This document shows positions 60,790 through 64,000 of a stretch of DNA of 64,000 nucleotides, one piece after another. The stretch lies in assembly GCF_009914755.1 (NCBI RefSeq), contig NC_060948.1; one strand, written 5' to 3'. Both the position numbers and the translations under genes were made by a program. Source of the stretch: the human T2T-CHM13v2.0 reference genome, Homo sapiens. The notes under the pieces were generated by a model that worked only from the letters and a program-made list of their open reading frames with translations, had not been told where the DNA came from and did not search any database. Each line of letters begins with the position of its first letter. Positions within the stretch are counted from its first letter, which is position 1.

Positions 60790-62892
60790 AGATCCGTATT
60801 TTTTAAATGAAAAAAAATTTCAAAGGTACTCTGCTTGGTACAATAATCAAATGTATAAACTGAGGAATAAAACATAACCATGAAACCTACTTATAACTGC
60901 ATATGGAAAATACAGAGGATAATTTTTTAAATAACATATTTTGAAAGCCTTAACTAGTAATTTGAAGAGTTGGCATTTGAAAGGCCAGTATGAATATACC
61001 TTCAAAGCAACAACACAGGTTCCCCATGAGAAAAAGCAAACACAGGGAAAATAAAAACACAAAGGTTCAATCTCTTCTGACCTTTGAAAGACACAGCACA
61101 GACAGTGGTCCTTAGGACGAAGAGCAGGAGACCCCTAATTCCGTCACCATGGCGATAGGGCATAAACATTGCTGGGTGAGGGCACAATCCACATTGTGAG
61201 GTCCAACTGCTGCCAGGAAGACAGGAGTGCTTTTACATAGACCGAAAGGTCATTGAAGGCTCAGAGTTTTGTTTCAAGAACTGAATCCCAAGCCCACACG
61301 TTATTAGGCTGCGCTTCTTAAAACAAGTTATGAGATGGGAAAAAGGGCACCCACAAACATACGTATACATTATGTATATAATAATATACAGTATCATATA
61401 TATAATATATATAACCTATGTATAATATTGTTTTACATCCTGCATCTTATGTTATATATATTGTATAAAATATAATAATTGATAATATATAAGTTTTATA
61501 ATTATACAATATGACATATAGTATATATTATAATTTATGACATATATAATATATGTTATATATCATATATAGAATATATTATACGGTTAATATACGTATT
61601 AAATATAAATTATACATTATATATATTATATATAATATATCTGTTATATATAATACCCATTATGCATAATATATATATTATGTCTATGTTATATATAGTA
61701 TAAAACAACATATAATAATATATAATTGTATATATAAAATGCGACATATAATATATATTATATTTTATAACATATGTAATATATATTATATATTATATAT
61801 AATACGTTGTATGTATAATACCTATATTAAATATATATTATATGACTATGTTATTAATTACATGTCACATGTGTTATATATTATATATTTTACATAGAAT
61901 ATACCGGTTACATACAATATATACTATGTTACCTATAATGTATAATTTATTACCTGTAAAATAAAGAATGCAATATATTATGTATAATTTATAATATACA
62001 ATATGTGGAATGTGATATATGTAACATATAATATATGATATATGATATACAGTATATGATATATAACATACAATATATGATTCCTAATATATATGGTATG
62101 CAATATATATTTTATGATATGTATTCTATATGTTTTATATTCTGTTATATATAACTATTTGAAATTATATATAACTGTATAATATTTTATGTAAATATGT
62201 AATGTAATATATAACTATATAATATATTATATATAACTATATATTATGTTATATATACTTTTATAACATAATTTACATAAAATATCATAATATAATATAT
62301 ATTATATTATTTCATATTACATAATATATATTACGTATCACCCAAAATAACTAACATACATAATATTATAATATAGATTATATTATGTTATATTAAATAT
62401 GATATATATCATGTATCATATATTCTATAATATATATTACACATTATATAATATGTATGTTGTCTATTATGTGATATATATAACTATATATATAATTATA
62501 TTTTTATACATATAACTAGATAAACATGTAATTCTACATATTTTCATTTATAATATGTAGAATTATATAATCATATATAATTATTTATATTCTATAAAAA
62601 ATTTTATCATTATATAAATTATAATATATAAAAATTATAATATGTACTACAAATATATATATTATATATCATATATGATATAGTACCTTTGTTATATATC
62701 ATAATACATATAAATGTGTATTATGTTATCTATAATTATATAATTTCATATATAAGATGTATAATATGTATCATATATTATATATGTTATGTAATATATA
62801 TGGTATATATAAGATGACACAGGATAAATATTATATACTATGACATATAAAATATATGAGGTTACATGTTACATATAAGGCATAGCACATAA

Positions 62893-63207
<315 letters not shown>

Positions 63208-64000
63208 AGATCCGTATTTTTTAAATGAAAAAAAATTTCAAAGGTACTCTGCTTGGTACAATAATCAAATGTATAAACTGAGGAATAAAACATAACCATG
63301 AAACCTACTTATAACTGCATATGGAAAATACAGAGGATAATTTTTTAAATAACATATTTTGAAAGCCTTAACTAGTAATTTGAAGAGTTGGCATTTGAAA
63401 GGCCAGTATGAATATACCTTCAAAGCAGCAACACAGGTTCCCCATGAGAAAAAGCAAACACAGGGAAAATAAAAACACAAAGGTTCAATCTCTTCTGACC
63501 TTTGAAAGACACAGCACAGACAGTGATCCTTAGGACGAAGAGCAGGAGACCCCTAATTCCGTCACCATGGCGATAGGGCATAAACATTGCTGGGTGAGGG
63601 CACAATCCACATTGTGAGGTCCAACTGCTGCCAGGAAGACAGGAGTGCTTTTACATAGACCGAAAGGTCATTGAAGGCTCAGAGTTTTGTTTCAAGAACT
63701 GAATCCCAAGCCCACACGTTATTAGGCTGCGCTTCTTAAAACAAGTTATGAGATGGGAAAAAGGGCACCCACAAACATACGTATACATTATGTATATAAT
63801 AATATACAGTATCATATATATAATATATATAACCTATGTATAATATTGTTTTACATCCTGCATCTTATGTTATATATATTGTATAAAATATAATAATTGA
63901 TAATATATAAGTTTTATATTTATACAATATGACATATAATATATATTATAATTTATGACATATATAATATATGTTATATATCATATATAGAATATATTAT

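Overview
The whole 64-kb window is one uninterrupted head-to-tail tandem array of a ~2.42-kb composite unit, about 26.5 periods long with 27 copies of the Alu/GC-richer part. Each unit has three parts on the + strand: (i) a diverged antisense Alu of ~290 bp, (ii) ~570 bp of moderately GC-rich HSATI-type sequence, and (iii) ~1.55 kb of extremely AT-rich degenerate (TA)n-like sequence. The composition, the 2420-bp modal period and a predicted ~2.1-kb HaeIII fragment match human DYZ2/HSat1B, most typical of Yq12 heterochromatin. There are no credible genes: all listed ORFs are repeat-derived and recur once per unit. I found no new gene system. The informative signal is the array's internal history: a 16-bp Alu indel haplotype, a 4.8-kb dimer duplication, a 14.5-kb recurrence, a recently amplified ~4-unit block and patchwork gene-conversion mosaics. 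Units are numbered U1-U27 from the left by Alu copy.
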